This document shows, piece after piece, positions 27,108-35,263 of a DNA stretch of 64,000 nucleotides. Source of the stretch: Candidatus Multivoradales bacterium (GTDB lineage Bacteria; Acidobacteriota; Thermoanaerobaculia; Multivoradales; JAHEKO01); the NCBI GenBank assembly GCA_965223155.1, contig CBDCVR010000013.1:997538-1061537 (forward strand), given 5' to 3'. Under the pieces are notes generated by a model that worked only from the letters and a program-made list of their open reading frames with translations, made no database searches and had not been told where the DNA came from. A program made the translations under genes and the position numbers. Positions within the stretch are counted from its first letter, which is position 1; the number at the start of each line of letters is the position of its first letter.

Positions 27108-28019
27108 ATGGCTTGGGAGTATCCTGTCGCTTCGATGCGCTACCTCAAGACCGTCTCGCTTCTGGCCGCCGCCAGCGCGTTCTACCTCTTGATCGCGGGC
27201 TCCCAGGTCAATTCCTGGCAGGCGGCGCTCTCGGTGCCGGACTGGCCACTGTCGTACGGACACCTCCTGGCCCCTTCCTGGCCTGGCAACCTGTTCTACG
27301 AACAGCACCACCGAGCCACGGCGGCTTCGACGGTCGTGCTCTTTGCGCTGGTGCTGGTCGGATTGGCCCGGCGGCGGGAGCTGGCCGCCGCCCGGCGGCT
27401 CGGCTGGTGGGCAGCAGCAGCGCTGGCCGCTCAGACCCTGATGGGAGGCTTGATCGTTCTGAAGCTCAATCCACCGTGGCTCGGTGCCAGCCACGTGGTC
27501 CTCGCCATCGTCACGGTCGTCTTGATCGCGGTAACGGCCCTGCTCGTCTGGAGAGATCCGGTTCGAGAGGATCTTCCGGAGCCGCGGGACACCGGTCTCG
27601 AGCGCATCGAGCGAAGGGCTGCGCTCGGACTCGGCCTGCTCGGACTCCAGATCGCTCTCGGGTCGCTCGCCCGCCACCCCCCCGCCGGCGAGCTGGCGTT
27701 CATCGCGACCTTGCTCGCTCATCTCTTCGTGGGACTCGTCCTGATCGTCTGGACCTCGCTTGTGGGCCTGTCGGCGGGCCGCAGCCGGCGCATGGGCAGA
27801 GCTCGGGCTTGGGGCTGGGTGCTCGTGCTCGTCGCCGCACTCCAGCTCGCGGTCGGCGCTTGGGTGTTCGTGGTCGCCCCCGAGCCGTTCGCCGAGAGCT
27901 GGCCGCCGCCGTCCGGATTCCCGGCAGCCCACGCCCTTCACATCGTGCTGGCGGCGGCGCTCGCCACCGCGCTGGTCGCCGTCCGGATCGAGAGCCGCCA
28001 GCGGACTAGGGCGTGTTAA
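27108..28019 (+). CDS. ctaA: heme A synthase (CtaA/COX15 family); last codons supplied by the IS element
   Basis: Multi-TM protein with a PDWP motif in the first loop and paired His residues in TM segments. The ATG (MAWEYP) was chosen inside a longer GC-artifact ORF. The stop TAA lies inside the IS left inverted repeat. Confidence 0.65.
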   Translation: MAWEYPVASMRYLKTVSLLAAASAFYLLIAGSQVNSWQAALSVPDWPLSYGHLLAPSWPGNLFYEQHHRATAASTVVLFALVLVGLARRRELAAARRLGWWAAAALAAQTLMGGLIVLKLNPPWLGASHVVLAIVTVVLIAVTALLVWRDPVREDLPEPRDTGLERIERRAALGLGLLGLQIALGSLARHPPAGELAFIATLLAHLFVGLVLIVWTSLVGLSAGRSRRMGRARAWGWVLVLVAALQLAVGAWVFVVAPEPFAESWPPPSGFPAAHALHIVLAAALATALVAVRIESRQRTRAC

Positions 28020-28460
28020 CACTGTCGCAGTGCATCAGCGATGAGGGCGAAATGGATGAAGGCGATGTACATGACGTCGAGCTTCTCGAATCTGGAAAAG
28101 ATGCGCCGGTAGCCTTTGAGCCGGCGAAAGAGCCGTTCGATCTCGTTGCGACGTTTGTAGAGGAGCCGGTCGTAGGCCCAGGGCCGAAGGCGAGTGCTCA
28201 AGGGTGGCACGACAGGGGTATAGCCGAGATTCAGAGCGAGTTGTCGGGTTTCGTTGCCTTCGTAGGCTCGGTCCATGACAAGCGCGATCGGTTGCTTCGG
28301 TCGGCCCAGGTCTTTCAGCAAGCATCGGCCGACGGGCGCATCGTGCGCTTGGCCGGGCGAGAGGCAGAAGGTGATGGCTGTTCGAGCATCTGCGGCAACC
28401 ATATGAATCTTGGTGGTCCATCCACCGCGGGACTTTCCAATGGCCTGGGGGCCGTTTTTT
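28016..28460 (-). CDS. IS5-family transposase OrfB (DDE part), reached by -1 frameshift from OrfA
   Basis: ...KIHMVAADARTAITF...DRAYEGNETRQLALNLGYTPVVPP...RRNEIERLFRRLK is the typical IS427-group catalytic region. The frame is -1 relative to OrfA on the transposase strand. The upstream limit is approximate. Confidence 0.7.
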
Positions 28461-28779
28461 TTAATGCTCCCGTACCGTCGGGGTGAACCCGCACGATCGT
28501 GCTGTCAAGTGACACGGCCTCGATCTTGACTCGCACGATCTGCTCCTCTTGGAGCCGCGCGAACACCCGATCCAACACGCCGTTCTTGGACCAACGGTTC
28601 ATGCGAGTGTAGATCGTGTGCCAATTCCCGAATCGTTTCGGGAGCCCGCGCCACTTGCAGCCGTGTTCGGCAACGTAGAGAATTGCGTTCAGCACTTGAA
28701 CATTCGGCACGCTGACGTTGCCTCGCTGCACTGGAAAGCAATCTGCAATGCGCTCGTACTGTTTCTCCGTGATTTCCAT
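28315..28779 (-). CDS. IS5-family transposase OrfA (N-terminal DUF4096-like DNA-binding part)
   Basis: MEITEKQYERIADCFP...GCKWRGLPKRFGNWHTIYTRMNRWSKNGV is the typical IS5/IS427 OrfA. It ends shortly after the A8 run at about 28455-28462. Confidence 0.75.
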   Translation of the reverse strand: MEITEKQYERIADCFPVQRGNVSVPNVQVLNAILYVAEHGCKWRGLPKRFGNWHTIYTRMNRWSKNGVLDRVFARLQEEQIVRVKIEAVSLDSTIVRVHPDGTGALKKTAPRPLESPAVDGPPRFIWLPQMLEQPSPSASRPAKRTMRPSADAC

Positions 28780-28822
28780 GCACGGAGCTTATACGATCCT
28801 AACCCTTAAGTGTTAACAGGCC

Positions 28823-30418
28823 CTAGCCGCCGAGAGCCCGCGCCATGAGGTTCCGCCTGGCGATCGACGAAGCGGTCAGATAGCCCGACATCAAGGCTCC
28901 TACCACCCCACAGGTGGTCATGTCCTGGCCGGTCAGGTAGAGACCGCGGATCGGGGTCTCGGGCCGGAGCGTCCGGTCCGCGAAGCGCTCCGGTGTGTGC
29001 TCCAGGCCGTAGATCTCACCCCGCGCGTAGCCGGCGAAGTGGCGCGTGGAAAGCGGCGTTGACACTTCCATGTAGTCGATCTTGTCCCGGACTCCGGGCA
29101 AGGCGCCGTCGAGCCGATCCAGCATCCGGGCGGCAAGGGCCGCCTTGAGCTCTTCGTAGTCTGTGCCCCGCTCGCGCCACGGGGTCCCGCTCCAGCGCTC
29201 GAAGCGCTCCCAGGGAGCCAGGGTAATGAGCTCTATGGTGGCTCGGCCCGGATACTTGGCTTCGAACTCGGGGTCCTTGGCCGACGGGAACGAGGCGTAG
29301 ACCAGCGGCAGCGGCGCCTCAGGATCCGCGACGAAGGCCGCGACCGAAGCGTCGTGGTCCGGCCCCGGATAGATCCAGAGGTTGTGCTTGGGCAGCCCCA
29401 GCTCGGCAGCGGTGTGGCGGAATCCCAGGTAGAGGCAGAGATGCCCAACGGAGGGCGGCCGTTGTTCCGCCCGCCGATCGAGGCCGAAGCCGGCCGCGGT
29501 CTCCGCATCCAGGAGAGACCGGTAGGTCGCGTGGACGCCGGCATCGCTGATGACGATCGGGGCATGAAGCTCGCGCCCGTCGGTCATGCGAACGCCCACG
29601 GCACGGCGACCCTGAACCAGGACCCGCTCGACCTCGGCCTGGTAGAAGACCTCGCCGCCCGCTTGCTGGATGACGGGTGCGATAGCGGCGGCGATCCGGG
29701 ACGACCCGCCCACCGGGTAGTAGCCCCCGTAGAGATAGTGCTTGGCCAGCATCGCCTGCATGGCGAACGAGCTCTGGGCCGGCGGCAGGCCGTAGTCGCC
29801 GAACTGGCCGGTCAGCACACCTTGGAGCTCGGCGCCGGCTCCCAGCTCGTCGAGCACCGTGCGAGTCGTACGCCCGGCCCAACGCAGGAACGGAGCCCGG
29901 AGGAAAGGCCCGGCGAGCCGCGCCACCAGCGGCGGCAGCGCCTTCTCGGCAAAGAACCGGTTCGAGCTCCGGGCGACCTGATCCATCAGCTCGAGATAGC
30001 GGTCGACGGCGCCAGTCTCCCGCGGAAAGTAGCCGTGCAGCCGGTCGCGGAAGGCGTCGCGGCCGGACACTAGATCGTACGTTCGCTCCCCGAGCAAGAT
30101 GCGGTCGTAGAGCTCGCCCATCGGCGCCCATTCGAGGCTGCCGTCGGTAACCCAGTTGAGTAACCGAAGCGTGGGCGACTTGGTGCTCCCCATGCCACCG
30201 ACGTAGTGGACGCCGACGTCCCACTCGTAGCCGCGACGCCGGTAGACGTGGGTAAAGCCTCCCGGCATGTAGTGTCGCTCCAGCACCGCGACCCGCTTGC
30301 CGAGAGCCCGGCCCAGCACCGCCGCCGAAGCCAGGCCGCCCACACCGGAGCCGATGACCAGGACGTCGAACTCCCGGTCGGGTGGCTTCTTGCGATAGCT
30401 CCTGCCGACTCGGATCAT
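28823..30418 (-). CDS. FAD-dependent oxidoreductase, phytoene desaturase (CrtI-like) superfamily
   Basis: N-terminal dinucleotide-binding motif DVLVIGSGVGGLASAAVL..LERH and a length and profile typical of CrtI/retinol-saturase-like amine-oxidase-fold enzymes. The stop TAG overlaps the IS flank. Confidence 0.75.
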   Translation of the reverse strand: MIRVGRSYRKKPPDREFDVLVIGSGVGGLASAAVLGRALGKRVAVLERHYMPGGFTHVYRRRGYEWDVGVHYVGGMGSTKSPTLRLLNWVTDGSLEWAPMGELYDRILLGERTYDLVSGRDAFRDRLHGYFPRETGAVDRYLELMDQVARSSNRFFAEKALPPLVARLAGPFLRAPFLRWAGRTTRTVLDELGAGAELQGVLTGQFGDYGLPPAQSSFAMQAMLAKHYLYGGYYPVGGSSRIAAAIAPVIQQAGGEVFYQAEVERVLVQGRRAVGVRMTDGRELHAPIVISDAGVHATYRSLLDAETAAGFGLDRRAEQRPPSVGHLCLYLGFRHTAAELGLPKHNLWIYPGPDHDASVAAFVADPEAPLPLVYASFPSAKDPEFEAKYPGRATIELITLAPWERFERWSGTPWRERGTDYEELKAALAARMLDRLDGALPGVRDKIDYMEVSTPLSTRHFAGYARGEIYGLEHTPERFADRTLRPETPIRGLYLTGQDMTTCGVVGALMSGYLTASSIARRNLMARALGG

Positions 30419-30427
30419 GGCTCGATC

Positions 30428-31237
30428 TTACCGATCTCGCAGGGCGTGCCGGCAGATCTCGAGATTGATCGGAGTGTCGACGTCGAGACCCAGCTCGGGA
30501 TCCGGCACCGTCAGAACTCTGGCCCGGATCCGGTAGCGGCGCCACAGGGCGCGCTCCAGACTCGGCACGGTCAGGCGTCCCAAGAGGTACCGGACCAGCA
30601 GTCCGATGCCGATGAGGCGGGCCTGACGAAGAGCGCTCTTCCGCTGCTCGGTCAGCGCGGCCAGGGACTCGCGAACCCGATCTGCCCGGCGCACGTCGAA
30701 CACTCCGAAGTCGGCCGCGACGAACTCCCCTTCAGCCAGCCGCAGCCAGCTCTCGGAGACATCCGGGTAGCGGGACTCGAGGATCGCACGTGGCACCAGC
30801 CCGGCACAGACGTCGATCTCGGCGCCGGCTTCTTCGACCCGATCCAGAAAAGCTCGGAGCATCTCTCCGGTGACGAGAGGAATGTCCGACCAGCAGAACG
30901 CCACCCGCCGCGCCTCGGGATCGAGCTCCCGTACCGTGTCGATGGCCGCGAACAGATTTCCGGCAAGCGAGGTGTCGTGGCCAGTGGCGCTAGTAGAGCC
31001 AGCGGAGGCAGGCGAGCCGGCCACGGTCAGACCGCGCTCGAAGACCAGACCTTCGGACGAACCGAGCCCGGCCAGAACCACATGATCGATACGGCCGGAA
31101 GCCGCGAGAGCGTCCAGTACCCACTGCGCCATCGGCCGGCCCTCGAGCGGCAGCAACGCCTTCGGGAGACCCTGCGTTTCCTGAAAAAGCGGGGTACCGG
31201 GGACCGGAATCCCGCCGGCTAGAACAAGACAATGCAC
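30428..31237 (-). CDS. MobA-like NTP transferase domain protein (nucleotidyltransferase)
   Basis: N-terminal LVLAGGIPVPGTP...KALLPLEGRPM nucleotide-sugar/GTP transferase fold signature. 10 nt downstream of the oxidoreductase start, so a likely operon. Confidence 0.6.
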   Translation of the reverse strand: MHCLVLAGGIPVPGTPLFQETQGLPKALLPLEGRPMAQWVLDALAASGRIDHVVLAGLGSSEGLVFERGLTVAGSPASAGSTSATGHDTSLAGNLFAAIDTVRELDPEARRVAFCWSDIPLVTGEMLRAFLDRVEEAGAEIDVCAGLVPRAILESRYPDVSESWLRLAEGEFVAADFGVFDVRRADRVRESLAALTEQRKSALRQARLIGIGLLVRYLLGRLTVPSLERALWRRYRIRARVLTVPDPELGLDVDTPINLEICRHALRDR

Positions 31238-31308
31238 CGTGGTTGAATACTAGGTGTTTCCGGCACGATTCCGGCAAACCTTTGTTCCCAACTACCGTAT
31301 TAGTCTTC

Positions 31309-33567
31309 ATGCAACCACACCCGCGCCCGGCGCTCTCGGGAGCGCTTCTCGCCGTCCTCTGTCTCGCGGCCACGGCATCGCTCCAGGCGTTGCCGGAGGA
31401 TCCCCCGTTTCACGTCCAACGCACCGCCAAGGAGATCAAGGTCGATGGCGTCCTCGGGGATCCGGGCTGGTCTGACGCCAAGCCCATCGAGACCTGGTTC
31501 GAGACCCGGCCCGGCGACAACCTGGAACCCAAGATCAAGAACGTCGGCTACCTGACCTACGACGAGCAGTTCCTGTACGCGTCGTTCGAGTTTTTCGATC
31601 CCGAGCCGAAGCGCATCCGGGCGCCGCTGGCCAACCGGGACAACGTGCCCAGCTACACCGACTACGGCGGCGTCCTGATCGACGCCAACAACGACGGCCG
31701 CACCGCCCAGATGTTCCTGGCCAATGCCCGGGGCATCCAGTACGACGCGATCTCGAGCGACGCCGCCGGGGAGGACTCGGCGCCCGATTTCTTCTGGGAG
31801 AGCGCCGCCAAGATCACCGACGCCGGTTGGGTGCTGGAGATGCGGATCCCGTTCTCATCGCTGCGCTACACCGAGAGCGACCCCGAACAGTGGCGAATCC
31901 TGCTCTACCGGAACCACCCCCGAGAGTTCCGGTACCAGTACTTCTCCTCGAAGCTCCCCCGCGACTCCACCTGTTTCATCTGCAACTCCACTCCGCTCAC
32001 CGGCCTGGGCGGCCTGCCCACGGGCAGTCACTGGGTCGCCGCCCCCTACGTCACCGGGGTCCAGACCTCCGAGCCGATCAGCGACGTCGGCACGCCGCTC
32101 GAATCCATGGACCCGACCTCGGAGGTCGGACTGGACGCGAAGTGGATCCCCAACCCCAACACGGTTGTGGACCTGACGCTCAACCCGGACTTCTCGCAGA
32201 TCGAGGCGGACGTTCCGCTGATCTCGGCCAACGAGCGCTTCGCTCTGTTCTTTCCCGAAAAGCGGCCGTTTTTCCTCGAGGGGGCCGACCTCTTCGACAC
32301 TCCGCTGACCGCCGTCTACACCCGCAGCTTCGCCTCGCCGCGCTGGGGCGTGCGCGCCACCGGAGAGTTCAAGGGCACGACCTACACCTTCCTGACCGGA
32401 GAGGACCGGGGCGGCGGCAGCGTCATCATCCCCGGCCGCCAGGGCTCGGGCCTGGCCGAGCAGAATCAGGAATCGCTCATCACCATGGGGCGGCTGCGCC
32501 AAAACTTCGGCCAGTCCTTCATGAGCTTCATCCTGACCGGACGGGAAAATGACGACGGCTCCTTCAACCGCGTTTTCGGCCCCGACTTTCGCTGGGAGCC
32601 GACCGACAAGGACGTCATCAGCGGACAGGTCCTGTTCTCGCAAAGCGAGACCCCGAACCTCCCGGACCTCGCCGACGAATGGGACGGGCGCGATCTCTCG
32701 GGCCACGCCGCCGAGCTCTGGTGGTACCGGCAGACCAAGACCTGGGACTACTTCGCGCTCTACCAGGACCTGGCCGACGACTTCCGAGCCGACAACGGCT
32801 TCATCCCCCAAGTGGGCATCCGGCGCGGCTTCACCGAGCTGGGGCACAGCTTCTACCCCGAGGACAAGCCCATCACCCGCCTGCGACTGTTCACCATGGC
32901 TTCGTACCGGGAAGACCGGGACGGGAAGCTCTTGTCCCAGTTTGTGATGCCCGGATTCGGCTTCGACGCCATCCTAAACTCCTTCGTACGCTTCGAGTTC
33001 CTGTTCGACGAGACGAGGTCCGGCGACACCCTGATCCGGCGCAATCAAATCCGGCCGCGGGTGCTGATCCGGCCCGGCGGGGTCCTCTCCCAGGTGCATC
33101 TCTTCGGCCGCTTCGGCGAGGACATCGACTTTGCCAACGATCGGCCCGCCGACGTCACGGCGCTGGGAGTCGACGTCAACATCCGGCCCACCGACCATCT
33201 CGAGCTCAACGTGCGCGGCGAGCAGCGGGCTCTCGACGTTACGACCGCAGCGGGACTCTCGGGCGAGCTCTTCAACGCCGAGGTGGCGCGCCTGCGCGGC
33301 ACCTACACATTCAACGCCAAGAGCTGGCTGCGGCTGATCGGTCAGTGGCAACGCACCCAGCGCCAGCCCGATCTCTACAACGTTCCCGAGGACATTTCGC
33401 CCAAGTCGGAGAACTTCGGTGGTTCGGTGGTCTTCGCCTACAAGCTCAACTGGCAAACCGTGCTCTTCCTCGGCTACGGCGACGAGCGCCGGCTGGACGA
33501 CTTCGACAGCCTGGAACCGGCCCGCGAAGAGATCTTCCTGAAGCTGTCCTACGCCTTCCAGCGCTAG
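31309..33567 (+). CDS. secreted DUF5916 / CBM9-like domain protein
   Basis: Signal peptide (MQPHPRPALSGALLAVLCLAATASLQA). N-terminal carbohydrate-binding-family-9-like segment (KEIKVDGVLGDPGWSDAKPI) followed by a long beta-rich C-terminus, as in DUF5916 proteins. Confidence 0.65.
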   Translation: MQPHPRPALSGALLAVLCLAATASLQALPEDPPFHVQRTAKEIKVDGVLGDPGWSDAKPIETWFETRPGDNLEPKIKNVGYLTYDEQFLYASFEFFDPEPKRIRAPLANRDNVPSYTDYGGVLIDANNDGRTAQMFLANARGIQYDAISSDAAGEDSAPDFFWESAAKITDAGWVLEMRIPFSSLRYTESDPEQWRILLYRNHPREFRYQYFSSKLPRDSTCFICNSTPLTGLGGLPTGSHWVAAPYVTGVQTSEPISDVGTPLESMDPTSEVGLDAKWIPNPNTVVDLTLNPDFSQIEADVPLISANERFALFFPEKRPFFLEGADLFDTPLTAVYTRSFASPRWGVRATGEFKGTTYTFLTGEDRGGGSVIIPGRQGSGLAEQNQESLITMGRLRQNFGQSFMSFILTGRENDDGSFNRVFGPDFRWEPTDKDVISGQVLFSQSETPNLPDLADEWDGRDLSGHAAELWWYRQTKTWDYFALYQDLADDFRADNGFIPQVGIRRGFTELGHSFYPEDKPITRLRLFTMASYREDRDGKLLSQFVMPGFGFDAILNSFVRFEFLFDETRSGDTLIRRNQIRPRVLIRPGGVLSQVHLFGRFGEDIDFANDRPADVTALGVDVNIRPTDHLELNVRGEQRALDVTTAAGLSGELFNAEVARLRGTYTFNAKSWLRLIGQWQRTQRQPDLYNVPEDISPKSENFGGSVVFAYKLNWQTVLFLGYGDERRLDDFDSLEPAREEIFLKLSYAFQR

Positions 33568-33627
33568 CCAGCGGCTCCCACCGCGGCTCGGCCAGTCAGT
33601 CCCGAGCCGCGCCGGTACAATCCTCCG

Positions 33628-34950
33628 GTGGTCGAATTCCTGACGCTCTTCCTGGGTCTGGCCGCCGGCCCCTACGAGGTTGCCTTCGAAGCTTCGGAAC
33701 CGGTGGCCGCGGTCGCCGTCACCCTCGACGGCAGGACCGTGGCCAAGCTGGAGGACGAGCCCTGGCGCGCTCAGGTGGACCTGGGAACGCTGCGGCCGCA
33801 GCAGCTCGGGGCGGTGGCCTACGACGCCAAGGGAGCGATTCTGGACACCGCCTATCAGAGCGTCAACGTGCCCCGCTCGGCGGCCGAGATCTCGGTCCTC
33901 CTCGAGCGCGACGGCGAGGCCCCGCCGGATCGGCTGTCCATCGCCTGGGAAAGCAGGGTCGGGGCGGACCCGGTCCGGATGTCGGTCCGGTTGGACGGCG
34001 TCGAGCTGGCGAGCGAAGTCGCCGGCTCGGTGCCGCTCCCGGCTCTCGACCCGAAGGGCTTCCACCTGATCGACGTCACTCTCGTTTTTCCCGGCGGAGT
34101 GGTGGCAAGCACGACCACCGGCTTTGGCGGACCCTACCTGGACGTCGCCGACGCCGGACTCACGGCCGCGCTGGTCGCCAGCGACGAAGACCTGGCCGAT
34201 CGGGGCGGGCGCGACGATTGGCTGGATCAGGCGGGAGAGCCCGCCGAGATCGTGGAGGTCGAGCAAGGGCCGGCCGAGGTCGTCGTGGTCGCCGGCAACC
34301 CGGCGCGCCGGGCGATCGCGCGCATGCGTGGTATTCCTCGGACGCGAGGCGTGGGCCGCTTGCCCGGGATGCGCGAGGCGGCGATGCAGGTGCTTCATCG
34401 CTCGGCGAGGCTGACCGAGGGTGACCGGTTCCGGATGCTCATCCCGAGAGCCCGCCATGTTCCCGGAAAGCTCCTGACCAATGAGCTCTTCTGGGTGACG
34501 CCGCCGGTCAATTCCGAAGACGGCGGCATCCTCTGGCACCTGCTGAGCGAGATCGTAGCCGGCACTAGAAACCAGGCCTTGCTGGCGGACGCGGTGGCGA
34601 CGGCCGGCATCCAGGCAGCTACCGGCAACCGGCGGCGCGCGGTGGTTCTGGTCCTGGCGGAGACGTCCCAAGACGCCGGCAGCCGCTTCGACCCGGCGAC
34701 GGTTCGCGCTTTCCTGCGCCACCTTCAGGTGCCGCTGGTGGTGTGGCGAGTCGGCCCGAACGACGCCTTCCACCAAGACTGGGGCCCCGGCGAGAGCTTC
34801 CGGTCGGTGCGCGGCCTGGAAGAGGCCGTCAGCAAGCTCCAGCAGGTTCTGGATCGCCAGTACGTCGTCTGGCTGCGCGGCGCCCACCTGCCCAACTCGA
34901 TCCGGCCGGCGGCCGGAGTCGATTTCCTCGATCTTGCGGGTTCAGGCTAA
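33628..34950 (+). CDS. hypothetical protein
   Basis: 440-aa ORF with a GTG start and no motif I can assign. Confidence 0.45.
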   Translation: MVEFLTLFLGLAAGPYEVAFEASEPVAAVAVTLDGRTVAKLEDEPWRAQVDLGTLRPQQLGAVAYDAKGAILDTAYQSVNVPRSAAEISVLLERDGEAPPDRLSIAWESRVGADPVRMSVRLDGVELASEVAGSVPLPALDPKGFHLIDVTLVFPGGVVASTTTGFGGPYLDVADAGLTAALVASDEDLADRGGRDDWLDQAGEPAEIVEVEQGPAEVVVVAGNPARRAIARMRGIPRTRGVGRLPGMREAAMQVLHRSARLTEGDRFRMLIPRARHVPGKLLTNELFWVTPPVNSEDGGILWHLLSEIVAGTRNQALLADAVATAGIQAATGNRRRAVVLVLAETSQDAGSRFDPATVRAFLRHLQVPLVVWRVGPNDAFHQDWGPGESFRSVRGLEEAVSKLQQVLDRQYVVWLRGAHLPNSIRPAAGVDFLDLAGSG

Positions 34951-35210
34951 CTGTCGATCAAGCGCGCCAAATCGAAGTCCTTGTCGGTCAGGGCGCCGGC
35001 CGAGTGGGTCGAAAGCGTCAGCGTGACCTTGCTGTAGCGCACGTCGATGTCGGGATGATGGTCGCGCTGCTCGGCTAGCTCGCACACCAGATTGACGAAC
35101 GCGACCGAGGCCCGGAAGCTGGGGAACTCGTAGGTCTTGGTGATCGAGTCGCCGGAGCGCTCCCAGCCCCTCAAGCGCTCCAGCTCGAGCTGCAGGCGCT
35201 CCGACTTCAT
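34947..35210 (-). CDS. phhB: 4a-hydroxytetrahydrobiopterin dehydratase (pterin-4a-carbinolamine dehydratase)
   Basis: About 87 aa with the EQRDHHPDI signature, [EQ]xxxHHPD. ATG MKSERL chosen. Confidence 0.8.
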   Translation of the reverse strand: MKSERLQLELERLRGWERSGDSITKTYEFPSFRASVAFVNLVCELAEQRDHHPDIDVRYSKVTLTLSTHSAGALTDKDFDLARLIDS

Positions 35211-35263
35211 CGGCCTGCCGGATAGTTGGGACCCCATGTCCGGAGGCTATCACCGGGTTCTTC

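Larger units (their letters stand above)
28008..28825 (-). mobile_element. IS5-family (IS427/IS1031-like) insertion sequence, about 0.8 kb
   Basis: Terminal inverted repeats AGGGC(G/C)TGTTAACACT at both ends, flanked by CTAG/TAG on each side (likely target duplication). Two overlapping transposase ORFs with an A8 slippery run. Boundaries are good to within 2 nt. Confidence 0.75.

Noticed and set aside
28016-28019. IS insertion as a disruptive knockout of ctaA
   Set aside because: Reconstruction of the pre-insertion sequence shows that only the last few residues differ, so the heme A synthase is probably still functional.
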